64,000 nucleotides of DNA from an uncultured beta proteobacterium (lineage in GTDB: Bacteria; Pseudomonadota; Gammaproteobacteria; Burkholderiales; Burkholderiaceae_D). This document shows, in pieces, positions 9,768 through 24,269 of this stretch. A program made the position numbers and the translations under genes. The stretch covers positions 7,615 to 71,614 of the forward strand of contig CAVPQU010000020.1 of assembly GCA_963707665.1 (NCBI GenBank), written 5' to 3'. The notes under the pieces were generated by a model, which searched no databases, had not been told where the DNA came from, and saw only the letters and a program-made list of their open reading frames with translations. How positions within the stretch are numbered: position 1 is the first letter of the stretch; the number at the start of each line of letters is the position of its first letter.

Positions 9768-10072
9768 GTCATTCCTTTAAAAGCGCCGGTGGGCGAAGCA
9801 GGCGCGACCTCAATGTGATCGCCAAACTGGCAAATAAATCCGCCCGGGCGCCAGCCACGCGCGCGACGCCGCGCCGCGCCGGGTCGGTAAAATGGCGTTT
9901 TGCCGAGCCGGCAAGCTGTTGCCAGGCGCCATCCTGCACGTGCCGGATCGGGCTCTGTCGTAGTTGAGCTGTTGCAAGCCATTCCATGTGGTTGCCGCAT
10001 GCTTTTGGCGGCAACGCATGCATTTCCGCCTTTGCGGAGGCGACAGCGCCCTCATTCGCTACTATTTGCCTC

Positions 10073-11236
10073 ATGAACATTGAAGCCCGTCGCATCGCGC
10101 ATCTGGACATGGATGCCTTCTATGCATCCGTCGAACTTCTGCGCTATCCAGAATTACGTGGCTTGCCGGTTGTCATCGGTGGTCGTTCAATGCACCGGCC
10201 CACGGTTCAAGCCGATGGCAGTCGACACTTCTCAAGGCTGCGTGATTACTCCGGGCGGGGCGTCGTGACGACATCGACTTACGAAGCGCGCGCCCTTGGC
10301 GTTTTCTCTGCCATGGGGGTCATGAAGGCGGCGCAGCTGGCGCCCGACGCCATTCTCCTGCCGGCGGATTTCGACGCCTATCGCCATTATTCAAAGCTGT
10401 TCAAAAGTGCAGCCGCCAGCATCGCGCCGCATATCGAAGACCGCGGCATCGATGAGATTTATCTCGATCTGAGTGAGCAAGCGGACGAGACGGGTTTGCT
10501 TGCCTTGCGCATCAAACAAGCGGTGCGAGCGGCCACCGGTCTTTCCTGCTCGATCGGCGTGGCGCCCAATAAGCTGCTGGCAAAAATCTGCTCGGACCTG
10601 GAAAAGCCCGATGGAATGACCGTTTTGAACCATGCCGATATACCAAGTCGGATCTGGCCGCTGGCTGTTCGGAAAATCAATGGGATCGGCCCCAAAGCGA
10701 ACCAGAAACTGGCTACGCTTGGTATCCGGACAGTGGGGGAACTCGCCCGAGCAGAGCCCGGTTTACTCCAGGCTCATTTCGGTCGAAGCTATGCCAGCTG
10801 GCTTCACAACGCCGCTCAGGGCATCGATGAGCGGCCGGTAATAACCAGTTCGGAGCCGAAGTCGATCAGTCGCGAGACGACCTTTGAGCGGGACCTTCAC
10901 GCACGTCATGACCGTGAAACCTTGTCTGGCATCTTTACCGCATTATGTACGCGAGTGGCAGAAGACCTGCGCCGCAAGGGATATGTTGGCCGCACGATCG
11001 GCATCAAGCTGCGCTACGCAGATTTCCGCACCCTGACGCGCGACGTCACGCTACCTGCTCCTACCGCCGATGCAGCAAGCATCCGTCGGGCTGCCGGCGA
11101 GTGTCTGCGCCGGGTTCCTCTGGAGCAGAGACTGAGGCTGCTCGGTGTGCGGGCCAGCGCTCTGTCGCCAACCGCGGCGTCGCATGGTGACGATCATTTA
11201 TCGCAAGGAGAGTTGCTCTTCACAGAATCTTGGTGA
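10073..11236 (+). CDS. dinB: DNA polymerase IV
   Basis: MNIEARRIAHLDMDAFYASVELLRYPELRGLPVVIGG is a Y-family polymerase signature. Confidence 0.9.
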   Translation: MNIEARRIAHLDMDAFYASVELLRYPELRGLPVVIGGRSMHRPTVQADGSRHFSRLRDYSGRGVVTTSTYEARALGVFSAMGVMKAAQLAPDAILLPADFDAYRHYSKLFKSAAASIAPHIEDRGIDEIYLDLSEQADETGLLALRIKQAVRAATGLSCSIGVAPNKLLAKICSDLEKPDGMTVLNHADIPSRIWPLAVRKINGIGPKANQKLATLGIRTVGELARAEPGLLQAHFGRSYASWLHNAAQGIDERPVITSSEPKSISRETTFERDLHARHDRETLSGIFTALCTRVAEDLRRKGYVGRTIGIKLRYADFRTLTRDVTLPAPTADAASIRRAAGECLRRVPLEQRLRLLGVRASALSPTAASHGDDHLSQGELLFTESW

Positions 11237-11486
11237 CGGCCAGTGGCGGCACCAACTGCGTGCCGTGCTGCTTGTCTTCCTCAAACGCCCTCCACCAGCA
11301 CTGGAGAATAAAAAAATCCGCGGCTTGCATGGAGATCGAATCAGGCCCTTACGCTAGCATCCGCACCGATGACTCACGCTGCCATTGTCGTGTCTTGGCG
11401 GCAGCGATAACAAGGCGGTCGGCAAGCAAGGCGATCGGCAAGCACGGCGACGGCGTGTAGAATGGCCCCTTTTTTGCGCGCTCGCC

Positions 11487-12389
11487 ATGTGGTTCAAAAA
11501 CCTGCAGATTTACCGTCTTCCCGCCCCCTGGGCGATGTCCCCTGATCAACTCGAAAGCTGCCTGGCGCCGCATGCCTTCGCGCCGTGCAACAGCGGCGAC
11601 ATGCAAAGCCTGGGGTGGAGTTCGCCGCGCGAAAATGAGCAGCTGGTGCATACCGTCAACCGCCAGATGCTGCTCATGCTCGGCACCGAAAAGAAGCTGT
11701 TGCCGGCTTCCGTCATCAACCAGGTCTGCAAGGCGCGCGCCGCCGAGATCGAAGAGCAGCAAGGCTTCAAGCCGGGCCGCAAGCAGATGAAGGAGCTCAA
11801 GGAACAGGTCGCCGAAGAATTGTTGCCGCGCGCGTTTTCGATCCGGCGCGACACCCGGGTCTGGATCGATCCGGTCCATGGCTGGCTGGTGGTGGACAGC
11901 TCCAGCCCGGCGAAAGCGGATGAAATCCTGAAACTCTTGCTGAAAGCGGTCGATCCCCTGCCGGTCACCAACCTGCGGGTCGCGCGTTCGCCGCAGGCGG
12001 CCATGACCGACTGGCTGGCCGCGGATGAAGCGCCGCGCGGATTCAGCATCGACCAGGACACCGAACTGCGCGCCTCCGGCGACAGCAAGGCCACGGTGCG
12101 CTATGCCAGGCAGGCGCCGGAAGCCGATGACCTGCGGCGCCACATCGCGGCCGGCAAGCAATGCACGCGGCTGGCGCTGACCTGGAATGACCGCATTTCC
12201 TTCGTGCTGACGGAATCGCTGGCCTTGAAGCGCATCGCACCGCTCGACGTGCTCAAGGAAAACGCCGACAGCGTGGCGGCCGGCGCCGATGAGCGTTTCG
12301 ATGGCGACATGCAGTTGATGACCGGCGAATTGAGCCAGATGCTGGACGCGCTGGTGCAGGCGCTGGGCGGAGAAGCCGCCCCGACTTGA
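11487..12389 (+). CDS. rdgC: Recombination-associated protein RdgC
   Basis: [15 protein letters not shown]... about 300 aa, a typical RdgC N-terminus. Confidence 0.85.
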   Translation: MWFKNLQIYRLPAPWAMSPDQLESCLAPHAFAPCNSGDMQSLGWSSPRENEQLVHTVNRQMLLMLGTEKKLLPASVINQVCKARAAEIEEQQGFKPGRKQMKELKEQVAEELLPRAFSIRRDTRVWIDPVHGWLVVDSSSPAKADEILKLLLKAVDPLPVTNLRVARSPQAAMTDWLAADEAPRGFSIDQDTELRASGDSKATVRYARQAPEADDLRRHIAAGKQCTRLALTWNDRISFVLTESLALKRIAPLDVLKENADSVAAGADERFDGDMQLMTGELSQMLDALVQALGGEAAPT

Positions 12390-12573
12390 GCCGGACCGAG
12401 TCGCGCCGCTTGCACTGTTGGATTGAACTTTCAACAAGCATGCCCCTCCATTAGAGACTCCCGCGACGTTCTGTTTGCTTGTGGAATCTTTTAGCGAACA
12501 GCAGCGCGGCGGGCCGCCCGGCCTCGGCGTCCGATCGTGGCCGGCGGGTCATCCATCTCAAAAGGAGCGAACA

Positions 12574-12915
12574 ATGACACTACGCGAAATGATCGGCGCC
12601 TCGGCGCTGGCCTTGCTGGCAAGCACTGCCTACGCTCAAAATCAGGACAGCAGTTCATCCACCATGACGAATCCGGGTCAGGCGCAAACGGCGCCGCCTG
12701 CCAGCGCCACCATGCCGGCACCGGCGACCACTTCCAACGATCCCTACGTGAAAAAGCGGATGGAAGACAAGGCCGCCAAGAAGCAATACAAGGCCGAGAA
12801 AAAGGCTGCCAAATCCGACTATAAACAGGAGAAAAAGCAAGCCAAGGCCAAGCTCAAGCAAGACCTGTCGGCCCAGCCGGCGCCGTCCGGCGAAACGGAT
12901 CAACCGGGCAAATAG
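12574..12915 (+). CDS. Secreted Lys/Ala-rich small protein (hypothetical)
   Basis: Signal peptide MTLREMIGASALALLASTAYAQ followed by KKQYKAEKKAAKSDYKQEKKQAKAKLKQ repeats. AAGGAG RBS. Confidence 0.55.
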   Translation: MTLREMIGASALALLASTAYAQNQDSSSSTMTNPGQAQTAPPASATMPAPATTSNDPYVKKRMEDKAAKKQYKAEKKAAKSDYKQEKKQAKAKLKQDLSAQPAPSGETDQPGK

Positions 12916-12989
12916 AGCCTGGCCCCGGCCACCGCAGGCACCGGCCAATAAACGGCGCTTGCGGTCCGGCCACCGGGTGGCACTACGCT

Positions 12990-13460
12990 TCACTGCCAGC
13001 GTTCGATTTCAGCCAGCACGGCCTTCAGCATCTGATTGACATCCGCTTGCGCCATCGCCGGACCGGCGATGGGCGGCACAAAGAAATCCGGTTGCATGCT
13101 GGCGCGATAGCGGATGCGGGTGCCATCGCAGTGGTTTTCGCGGGCGGGCGCCAAACTCCAGCGCGCCGTATAGCGCTGCATGTTGCCCGAGATGCGGCTG
13201 ACGTCGATCGCTGAAAACGGCTGCTCGGTGACGCGCAACACCATGTGGATTTCCCGCCGGACGAACAGGAACCCGCCGCTGCCATATTGTTCCACCACAA
13301 CTTCGTGGGCGTGGCGCGACAGTACCGTGGACGAGATCAGGTTCGGCACGAATTCGGCCAGGCGGTCGTAGTCGGTCAGCACCTGCCATACCCGCCGCGG
13401 CGTGGCGCAGGCAAATCCTTCGGCGTCGACTTCAATTCCCTCGTCGTGATCGGCAGGCAT
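12990..13460 (-). CDS. SRPBCC (START/polyketide cyclase-like) family protein
   Basis: ...ATPRRVWQVLTDYDRLAEFVPNLISS... is typical of the SRPBCC fold. Start taken at ATG 13460. Confidence 0.6.
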   Translation of the reverse strand: MPADHDEGIEVDAEGFACATPRRVWQVLTDYDRLAEFVPNLISSTVLSRHAHEVVVEQYGSGGFLFVRREIHMVLRVTEQPFSAIDVSRISGNMQRYTARWSLAPARENHCDGTRIRYRASMQPDFFVPPIAGPAMAQADVNQMLKAVLAEIERWQ

Positions 13461-13616
13461 GCATCTTCTCCACCAGGCGGTCCGCGCGGCATCCACCCTG
13501 TGTGGCGGACCGATACGAGCCGCAACTGAGCAATGGCGCCGGGCTTGCAAGATCACAGGCAGCCGACACCACACGCTATCCATGGCGGTTTGCCTCGCAC
13601 CGCCTAGCCGCGTCGG

Positions 13617-13676
13617 ATACTCGGCATGCCATGGGTCAATATCGGATACAAACGGGACGTTTTTCAAACATACTCC
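13617..13676 (+). repeat. Bipartite ATACYCC box pair, copy c
   Basis: ATACTCG at 13617-13623 and ATACTCC at 13670-13676. T-run at +44..48. Lies in the divergent intergenic region between the SRPBCC and DUF3311 genes. Confidence 0.75.
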
Positions 13677-14011
13677 ACGTCTTCCAGAAGTGCCAGCGAT
13701 GCAGTGACAATCTTTGCGAGATGCTTGAGGCGATGGCTGTCGTACGCCGATCATTCGGGCTCGGTCGCAGCAGATTGTCGAACAGGTTTGTGCACTCTCA
13801 AAAGCGATTTAATCCAGCAAAAAACACCATCCCAAATCGGCGGCTCGATGCTGGCCGGTCCGCAAACAATACGCAGCGCGCTTGATTTACATTCAAGAAA
13901 ACCGGATTGAATTTGCGCCTGCCATAGTCCAACGCAAACAGGTGTCGTCGTCGTTTATGTCATGTCGCCGCTGCCATCTGGCTGCTGTTTTGACATGGCA
14001 AGGAGATTGGC

Positions 14012-14191
14012 ATGTGGACCTTGCTGTTGCTGCCGTTCATCGGCTTGTTGTGGCTGCCGTTCTATAACCACGAGTTGCCGTCCCTGTTTGGCTTTCCCTT
14101 CTTCTACTGGTACCAGCTGGCGTGGGTGCCGATCACTTCGCTGCTGATCTGGATCGTATATCGCCACGGCAAACGTCGGGGAGTCGAATGA
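14012..14191 (+). CDS. DUF3311 small membrane protein (partner of the sodium:solute symporter)
   Basis: 59-aa ORF, below the track cutoff: MWTLLLLPFIGLLWLPFYNHELPSLFGFPFFYWYQLAWVPITSLLIWIVYRHGKRRGVE. Its stop overlaps the symporter start (ATGA). Confidence 0.7.
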   Translation: MWTLLLLPFIGLLWLPFYNHELPSLFGFPFFYWYQLAWVPITSLLIWIVYRHGKRRGVE

Positions 14192-15704
14192 TGACCACTC
14201 AAATCAACTGGATTGCGCTGGGCGTCTTCGTCTTCTTCTTCGCGCTGGTGACGGTGATGGGCTTTGCCGCCTCGCGCTGGCAACGGGGCGGCACCGCACA
14301 AGGGCGCGCACCTGGACGAATGGGGCCTGGGCGGCCGCAATTTCGGCACCTGGATCACCTGGTTCCTGGTCGGCGGCGATTTCTATACCGCGTACACCGT
14401 GATCGCGGTGCCGGCGCTGGTCTACGCGGTCGGCGCCTATGGCTTCTTCGCGTTGCCGTACACGATCATCGTCTATCCGATCGTGTTCATGATCATGCCG
14501 AAACTGTGGCATGCGGCGCATCGGGCCGGGCACGTGACGGCCGGCGACGTGGTGTATGGCCGCTATGGTTCGCGCACCGCTGGAATTCGCGGTCGCGCTG
14601 ACCGGCGTGTTCGCGACCATGCCGTACATCGCGCTGCAGCTGGTCGGCATGGAAGTGGTGATCAAGGCGCTCGGCCTGACGGGCGAGCTGCCGCTGGCGG
14701 CGGCGTTCGTGATCCTGGCGCTGTACACCTATTCGGCCGGGCTGCGGGCGCCGGCGCTGATCGCCTTCGTCAAGGACCTGATGATCTACATCGTGGTGCT
14801 GGTGGCGGTGGTGCTGGTGCCGCTGAAGCTGGGCGGCTATGGCGCGGTGTTCGCATCGGCGAATGAAGCGTTCGCCGCCAAGGGCGGCGCCACCGGGCTC
14901 TACCTGCAGCCGCAGCAGATCCTGCCGTTCGCCACCCTGGCGCTCGGTTCGGCACTGGCCGCGTTCATGTATCCGCATACGCTGACCGGCATCTTTGCCG
15001 CCAAAAGCGCCGATACGATCCGCAAGAACGCGGTGTTCCTGCCGGCCTACACCGTGCTGCTGGGCTTGATCGCGCTGCTCGGCTTCATGGGCTATGCCGC
15101 CAAGGTCGACATCAAGAACAACAACGACGTGGTGCCGGCGCTGTTCAATGCGCTGTTCCCGAGCTGGTTCAGCGGCTTCGCGTTTGCCGCGATCGCGATC
15201 GGCGCGCTGGTGCCGGCGGCGGTCATGTCGATCGGCGCTTCCAACCTGTTTACGCGCAACTTCTGGAAGCCTTACGTGAATCCGGCAATCACCCCGGCCG
15301 GCGAACAGAAGGTGGCCAAGATCGTCTCGCTGGTGGTCAAGCTCGGCGCCCTGGTCTTCATCCTGTTCTTGCCGACTCAGTACGCCATCAACCTGCAATT
15401 GCTCGGCGGCGTGTGGATCCTGCAAACCTTCCCGGCGGTGGTGTTCGGCCTGTTCTTCCACTGGTTCCGGGCCCCGGCCTTGCTGGCCGGCTGGGCCGTC
15501 GGCATGGCCAGCGGCAGCTGGCTGGCCTTTACCGATGGCATCAAACCGGTGCACACGCTAGTGCTCGGCGGCGCCAGCTATACGATGTATACCGGCTTGC
15601 TGGCACTGGTGCTGAACGTCGCAGTGGCCGTGGTGCTGCAACTGGTGCTGGGCGAGCGCGGGACGCAAAGGCCAGTGCCGCTGGCCGACGAAGCGGTGCG
15701 CTGA
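14188..15704 (+). pseudogene. Sodium:solute symporter (SSS) family transporter, split over three frames
   Basis: MMTTQINWIALGVFVFFFALVT.. is in frame 1. ..HLDEWGLGGRNFGTWITWFLVGGDFYTAYT.. is in frame 2. ..LEFAVALTGVFATMPYIALQLVGM... through to the end is in frame 3. Switches fall near 14303 and 14577. Confidence 0.8.
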
Positions 15705-15981
15705 GGCCCTGCCGCGGCCGTACCGGCTGCGCTTTCTTTCGTAGAGCGCCAGGCGTCTCTTTCCCGGATGCCTGACGCAGCGGCAGCCAGTCCGATGGCC
15801 TCGATGCAGCGCGGCAAAAGCAGATGCTAGCTGCCTGCGCCGGGAACACAATCCGCCCGCTTCAAATCCAAATCAAAAGTTGCTTGTTGTATTTCACCGA
15901 TGTTTGACACGAATGCCGCCGTGCTGTGCACGAATGCCGGGATTAAACATAGCCGGGCGGCCGATTCGAATAGGAGCCGTG

Positions 15982-16701
<720 letters not shown>

Positions 16702-16705
<4 letters not shown>

Positions 16706-17688
16706 ATCCGTTCGCCTACCGCCGCCCGGCGAATGTCGACGAGGCGCTGCGCCTGGCGCAGGAACCGGGCGCGATGTTCATCGGCGGCGGCACCAATCTG
16801 CTCGACCTCGTCAAGGGCGGCGTCGCCGTGCCGCAAAGCCTGATCGACGTCAGCCGGCTGCCGCTGGCCGAGATCGTCGAACTGCCCGACGGCGGCGTGC
16901 GCATCGGTGCCCTGGCGCGCAACAGCGATACCGCCAACCATACGCTGATCCGCACGCGCTATCCCTTGCTGTCGCAGGCCTTGCTGGCGGGCGCCTCGCC
17001 GCAGCTGCGCAACATGGCCACGGTCGGCGGCAATCTGCTGCAACGCACGCGCTGCTATTATTTTTACGATACGGGATTCGACCGCTGCAACAAGCGCCTG
17101 CCCGGTTCCGGCTGCGCCGCGCGCGACGGCTATAACCGCATCCATGCGGTGCTCGGCGCCAGCGACGCCTGCATCGCCACCAATCCGTCCGACATGAATG
17201 TGGCGCTGGCGGCGCTGGGTGCCGTGGTGCGCGTGCGCGGCGCCGGCGGCGAGCGGGCGATCGCGATCGGCGACTTCCACCGGCTGCCGGGCGATGCGCC
17301 GCAGCGCGATACCACCCTGGAGCGCGGCGAGCTGATTACGGCCGTCGATCTGCCGCGCTCGCCGTTTGCCGAGCATGCGTATTACCTGAAGGTGCGCGAT
17401 CGCGCCAGCTATGCCTTCGCGCTGGTATCGGTGGCGGCGGCGCTCGATCTGCGTGACGGCGTGGTGCGCAATGCCGCGCTGGCGCTGGGCGGCGTCGCGC
17501 ACAAGCCGTGGCGCCTGCCGCAGGCCGAAGCCGCACTGGTGGGGCAGCCGCTGGCGCCGCCGGCGATGCAGGCCGCCGCCGACGCGCTGCTGCAGGGCGC
17601 GCGGCCTTACCAGCACAACGGCTTCAAGGTGAACCTGGCGCGGCGCGCCATCGTACGTGCGCTCGGCATGGCGGGAGGAATCGCATGA
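16702..17688 (+). CDS. PaoB-like FAD-binding subunit (xanthine dehydrogenase family)
   Basis: [38 protein letters not shown] is a CO dehydrogenase flavoprotein-type N-terminus. Confidence 0.8.
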
Positions 17689-19892
17689 AAAGCGTCGGCG
17701 CGCCGCTGGACCGCATCGACGGCCCCTTGAAGGTCTGCGGCGCCGCGCGCTACAGCGCCGAATTCGCGCTGCCGCGCATGGCGCATGCGGTGCTGGTGCA
17801 AAGCACGGTGCCGAACGGACGGATCGCGCGGCTCGACACCGGGGCGGCGGAACGCTCGCCCGGCGTCGTCGCCGTGCTCACGCACAAGAACGCCATGCGG
17901 CTGCCGCAAGGCGGCAAGGGGGCGGAGCAGCCGCCGCAGGGGCGCGTGTTGTCGCTGCTGCAGGACGACCAGGTGCATTACAACGGCCAGCCGGTGGCCG
18001 TGGTGGTGGCCGATACGCTGGAGCAGGCGCTGGGCGCTGCGGCCATGGTCCGCGTCGAGTATCAGCGCACTGCCGCCGCGCTCGATTTCGACGCCGCCAA
18101 GCCGCGCGCCTATTCGCCGGGCAAGGTGCTGGACATGGATGCCGATTCGCGCCATGGCGATCTGCAGGCCGGCCTGGCGCAGGCGGCGGTGCGCAAGACG
18201 CTGACCTATACGACGCCGATGCAGCATCATAATCCGATGGAGCCGCACGCCACGCTCGCCGCCTGGGACGGCAGCCGGCTGACCTTGCACGATTCGACGC
18301 AGCATGTGGCCGGCGTGCAAAAAACACTCGCCGAAATCTTCGGGATTCCCCAGGACCACGTGCGCGTGCTCTGCCCTTATGTGGGCGGCGGCTTCGGCGG
18401 CAAGGGCTCGGCCTGGTCGCATGTGGCGCTGGCCGCGCTGGCGGCGCGCCAGTGCGGCCAGCCGGTGCGGCTGGTGCTGCAGCGGCCGCAGCTGTTCGGC
18501 CCGGTGGGTGGCCGGCCGCGCACCGAACAGACGGTGACGCTCGGCTGCACGCCCGACGGTCGCTTCACGGCGGTGGAGCACAGGGTCATATCCAATACCT
18601 CGGTCATCGAGGACTGGACCGAATCGTCGGCGATGGTCACGCGCATGCTGTATGCCTGCCCGAATATCGCCACCTCGCATCGGCTGGTCAAGCTGAATGT
18701 CGGCACGCCGACTTTCCAGCGCGCGCCGGGCGAGGCCACCGGCAGTTTCGCGCTGGAGAGCGCGCTGGACGAACTCGCCTATGAAACCGGCATCGACCCG
18801 ATTGCGCTGCGCCTGCGCAATTACGCCGAACGCGACCCCGAGCGCGACCTGCCGTTTTCCAGCAAGGCGCTGCGCGAGTGTTATCGCGTCGGCGCCGAGC
18901 GCTTCGGCTGGCAGCGGCGCACTCCGCAGCCGCGCTCGATGCAGCAGGGGCAATGGCTGATCGGCATGGGCATGGCCAGCGCGACCCGCCCGGCCAAGCG
19001 CAGCCCGGCAGCGGCGCGCGTGCGCTTGCTGGCGGACGGCCAGGCGCTGGTGCAGTCGAGCACCGAGGACCTGGGCACCGGCACCTACACGGTCATGACG
19101 CAGATCGCCGCCGACGCGCTCGGCTATGCGCCCGCACAAATCCGCTTCGAGCTGGGCGATACCGATCTGCCGGAAGCGCCGATCGCCGCCGGCTCGATGA
19201 CGGTGGAAAGCGTGGGCGCGGCGATCCACGAGGCCTGCCTGGACGTGCGCCGGCGCCTGATCGAACTGGCGCGCGCCGATGCGCGCTCGCCGCTGGCGGG
19301 CGCGGCCGCCGACGGCATCGTGATCGACCACGGCTGGCTGCGGCTGGCATCGGACCGCGAGCGCGGCGAGCCGGCCGCCGCGCTGCTCGCGCGCCACGGC
19401 GGTGCGCTCGAAGCGCGCGTCGACAGCAAGCCCGGCGGCGAAGTCGGGCAATACTCGATGCACACCTTCGGCGCGGTCTTTGCCGAAGTGCACGTCGACC
19501 GCGATCTCGGCGTGATCCGCGTGCCGCGCGTGGTCGGCGCCTACGGCGTCGGCCAACTGATCAACGCCAAAACCGCGCACAGCCAGCTGATGGGCGGCAT
19601 CGTATGGGGCATCAGCCTGGCGCTGTTCGAGGAATCCGTGCTCGATCCGCACACCGGGCGTTTCGTCAACGCCAACCTGGCGGAATACCACGTGCCGGTG
19701 AACGCCGATATCGGCACCATCGACATCACGGTGGTGCCCGAACAGGATGCGCAGGTGAACGCGCTCGGCGCCAAGGGCATCGGCGAAGTGTCCACCACCG
19801 GCGTCGCCGCCGCCATCGCGAATGCGGTGTATCACGCCACCGGACGCCGCGTGCGCGACCTGCCGATCACGCTCGACAAGCTCCTGGCTTGA
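17685..19892 (+). CDS. PaoC-like molybdopterin-binding subunit (xanthine dehydrogenase family)
   Basis: [27 protein letters not shown]..., about 735 aa. ATGA overlap with the FAD subunit. Confidence 0.85.
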   Translation: MKSVGAPLDRIDGPLKVCGAARYSAEFALPRMAHAVLVQSTVPNGRIARLDTGAAERSPGVVAVLTHKNAMRLPQGGKGAEQPPQGRVLSLLQDDQVHYNGQPVAVVVADTLEQALGAAAMVRVEYQRTAAALDFDAAKPRAYSPGKVLDMDADSRHGDLQAGLAQAAVRKTLTYTTPMQHHNPMEPHATLAAWDGSRLTLHDSTQHVAGVQKTLAEIFGIPQDHVRVLCPYVGGGFGGKGSAWSHVALAALAARQCGQPVRLVLQRPQLFGPVGGRPRTEQTVTLGCTPDGRFTAVEHRVISNTSVIEDWTESSAMVTRMLYACPNIATSHRLVKLNVGTPTFQRAPGEATGSFALESALDELAYETGIDPIALRLRNYAERDPERDLPFSSKALRECYRVGAERFGWQRRTPQPRSMQQGQWLIGMGMASATRPAKRSPAAARVRLLADGQALVQSSTEDLGTGTYTVMTQIAADALGYAPAQIRFELGDTDLPEAPIAAGSMTVESVGAAIHEACLDVRRRLIELARADARSPLAGAAADGIVIDHGWLRLASDRERGEPAAALLARHGGALEARVDSKPGGEVGQYSMHTFGAVFAEVHVDRDLGVIRVPRVVGAYGVGQLINAKTAHSQLMGGIVWGISLALFEESVLDPHTGRFVNANLAEYHVPVNADIGTIDITVVPEQDAQVNALGAKGIGEVSTTGVAAAIANAVYHATGRRVRDLPITLDKLLA

Positions 19893-20063
19893 GCCGGCAG
19901 CATCAGCCGGGACTGCGCGATTGACGTCGAGCCGGTGTCTGGCATAGGCTCACGAAGCGCTTCCCGCCTTTGTGTCGTCGCGCTGTTGCGCGACTGCCTG
20001 CCAGTCCGCGAGCCGATGTGCCATGGTAGCGTAGCGCCAAATAATATTATTCAGGAGACCGCC

Positions 20064-20591
20064 ATGAAAACCCTCGTCGATCAGCTTGCCCAATACGCCG
20101 CCTACCATCGGGACCGGCGCAACATCGCCACCCACCTGGTCGGGATTCCGATGATCGTGTTTGCGATCACGGTGCTGCTGTCGCGCCCGGCCTTCGAACT
20201 GGGCGGCATCGTGCTGACGCCGGCGACGCTGGCGGTGGTGGTGACCGTGCTCTATTACTTCCGGCTGGATCTGCGCTACGGCGCCGTGATGGCGATTCTG
20301 ATGGGGCTGGCCTTGTGGGGCGCACAGGCGGTGGCGGCCGCGCCGACCGCGACCTGGCTTTACGCCGGCATCGGCTTGTTCGTGCTCGGCTGGATCCTGC
20401 AATTCATCGGCCACGCCTGGGAAGGCAAGAAGCCGGCCTTCGTCGACGACCTGATCGGCCTGATCATCGGGCCGCTGTTCGTGGTGGCCGAAGTCGGCTT
20501 CCTGCTCGGCCTCGGCAACGCGGTGCGCGCGGAGATCGAGCGCCGCGTGGGGCCGACGCACGGCCAACGCACGGCGTCGATGGGCGGGTAA
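20064..20591 (+). CDS. DUF962 (Mpo1-like) membrane protein
   Basis: MKTLVDQLAQYAAYHRDRRNIATHLVGIPMIVFA...QFIGHAWEGKKPAFVDDL is characteristic of the family. Confidence 0.7.
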   Translation: MKTLVDQLAQYAAYHRDRRNIATHLVGIPMIVFAITVLLSRPAFELGGIVLTPATLAVVVTVLYYFRLDLRYGAVMAILMGLALWGAQAVAAAPTATWLYAGIGLFVLGWILQFIGHAWEGKKPAFVDDLIGLIIGPLFVVAEVGFLLGLGNAVRAEIERRVGPTHGQRTASMGG

Positions 20592-20654
20592 TAAACGCAC
20601 TGTTGAACGGCGCCCGAACTCACGCCGCACCTGCCGCCTGAGCTCGGGCGCATA

Positions 20655-20714
20655 TACTCCTGATACTTGCACCTAATTCCAGACTTAAAATAACAGATTT
20701 GGCAACATACCCCA
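20655..20714 (+). repeat. Bipartite ATACYCC box pair, copy d
   Basis: ATACTCC at 20655-20661 and ATACCCC at 20708-20714. AAAT at +35..38. Lies between the DUF962 gene and fadH. Confidence 0.85.
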
Positions 20715-20829
20715 TGTCTAAGGGCGTAGCCCATCGCATGCGGCAGCCGTTCCCCCAGCATCCCTTCTGGCACGCCGGTCACAAGGCATTTTAGAGTATT
20801 GCCCAAGGACATTTTCAGCCACTCGGTGA

Positions 20830-22943
<2,114 letters not shown>

Positions 22944-23125
22944 CCGGGTGAGTTGTTGCTGATAGGACAGGTTTTGCCAGGCAAATCGGCCGGGAGTGGC
23001 CGCGCGATGGTTTCGGTGCAAGTTTGAAAATGCCGAACAGGACGTGAAATTGGCCCAAGCTCCGCGCAAGGTGCGGCGCGCTGGCGGTGTTACCATCGCC
23101 CCACCCTTGTCTCGAGTCCCTCGCC

Positions 23126-23611
23126 ATGCACGCCAGAGTCGCCCTTTTACTTGCCGTTGCCGTCCTCGCCGCCTGTTCCAGCGTGCCGCTCGAAAGCACC
23201 GCGCCAGCGCCGCGCGGCGCCGAAGCGGGCTGGGTCGACAGCACGACGAGCATGCATTCGACGGCCGCCTCGCTGGCTGGCTACAAACACGATCTGGCCC
23301 ACTGGATTGCGCGGTCCAATCCGGGCCAGGTGTTTGCCGGCCGGCCGCAAGCCTTGTTGCGCTCGGTGGTGGTGGTCAAGTATCAGGTCGATGCCAACGG
23401 CCGCTTGCTGCGCAGTACCATCTTGCGCTCCAACCGTGATCAGGCAACGGAGAGTACCGCGTTGACGACGCTGCGCCGGGCGGCACCGTTCCCCAAGCCG
23501 GCGGCGCACTTGCTGCGCCACGGCCAGGTCGAAGTCCTGGAAACCTGGCTTTTCAACAACGACGGCCGTTTCCAGCTGCGCACGATTGCCGAGCCGCAAA
23601 TGGACCAATAG
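23126..23611 (+). CDS. Lipoprotein with a TonB C-terminal-like domain
   Basis: Lipobox LLAVAVLAAC. The C-terminal ..VVVVKYQVDANGRLLRSTILRSNRDQATESTALTTLRRAAPFPKP resembles the TonB_C fold. Confidence 0.55.
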   Translation: MHARVALLLAVAVLAACSSVPLESTAPAPRGAEAGWVDSTTSMHSTAASLAGYKHDLAHWIARSNPGQVFAGRPQALLRSVVVVKYQVDANGRLLRSTILRSNRDQATESTALTTLRRAAPFPKPAAHLLRHGQVEVLETWLFNNDGRFQLRTIAEPQMDQ

Positions 23612-23843
23612 GCGCCGCTGGCGCCAACTGACAGCTGCCACCGATCGGATTTTTGCAGAAACTGCCTGGCGTGCGCGGACCAATGGGCTGGCTTGCTTCC
23701 GCTGCGTTTCTCGCCTACCATCAGGGCAGACTCAATGCGTCAGTTCGACCGCATTTCACCCAAATACCGATTCCCCCTCTGGCCGCCCATCACGCGACGC
23801 CGACCGCGCGGGATCGGCCCATTGCTCATGATTGGAAACACCG

Positions 23844-24254
23844 ATGGATAACCGCCCCGGCATCATCATTTCGAGTTTCGACCTGGAACGGCTGGAACAT
23901 TTACTGGAATCCGACAAGTACCGCAACTTGCCGGGGATCGATGCGCTGCAAAGCGAAATCGATCGTGCCACGATTGTGGCGCCGGAAGACGTGCCGGCGA
24001 ATGTCATTACGATGAACTCCTCGGTGAAGTTCATCGATGATGCCACCGGCACCGAATACCGCCTGTCGCTGGTGTATCCGGGACAGACCGATGTGCCGGA
24101 TGCGGTCTCGGTGCTGGCGCCGGTCGGCAGCGCGTTGCTTGGGCTGTCGATCGGCCAGTCGATTTCCTGGCAGGCGCCGGGCGGCCGCGAACTGCGTCTG
24201 CGCGTGCTCGACGTCACCTATCAGCCGGAAGCCAGCGGCGAGTTTAACCGCTAA
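23844..24254 (+). CDS. rnk: Nucleoside diphosphate kinase regulator (GreA/GreB-family Rnk)
   Basis: MDNRPGIIISSFDLERLEHLLES...VITMNSSVKFIDDATGTEYRLSLVYPG..VSVLAPVGSALLG is typical of Rnk. Confidence 0.8.
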   Translation: MDNRPGIIISSFDLERLEHLLESDKYRNLPGIDALQSEIDRATIVAPEDVPANVITMNSSVKFIDDATGTEYRLSLVYPGQTDVPDAVSVLAPVGSALLGLSIGQSISWQAPGGRELRLRVLDVTYQPEASGEFNR

Positions 24255-24269
24255 AGCGCGCCGGCCGGC

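Noticed and set aside
9950-10072. Looked for a LexA/SOS box (CTGT-N8-ACAG) upstream of dinB.
   Set aside because: Only CTGT...GCTGTT without the ACAG half-site was found. A GTTGCCGC...GCGGCAAC hairpin is present, but it is not an SOS operator.
20791-20797. A lone reverse-orientation box (AGAGTAT) upstream of fadH.
   Set aside because: There is no partner box at 53 or 54 bp on either side, so I treat it as a chance hexamer.
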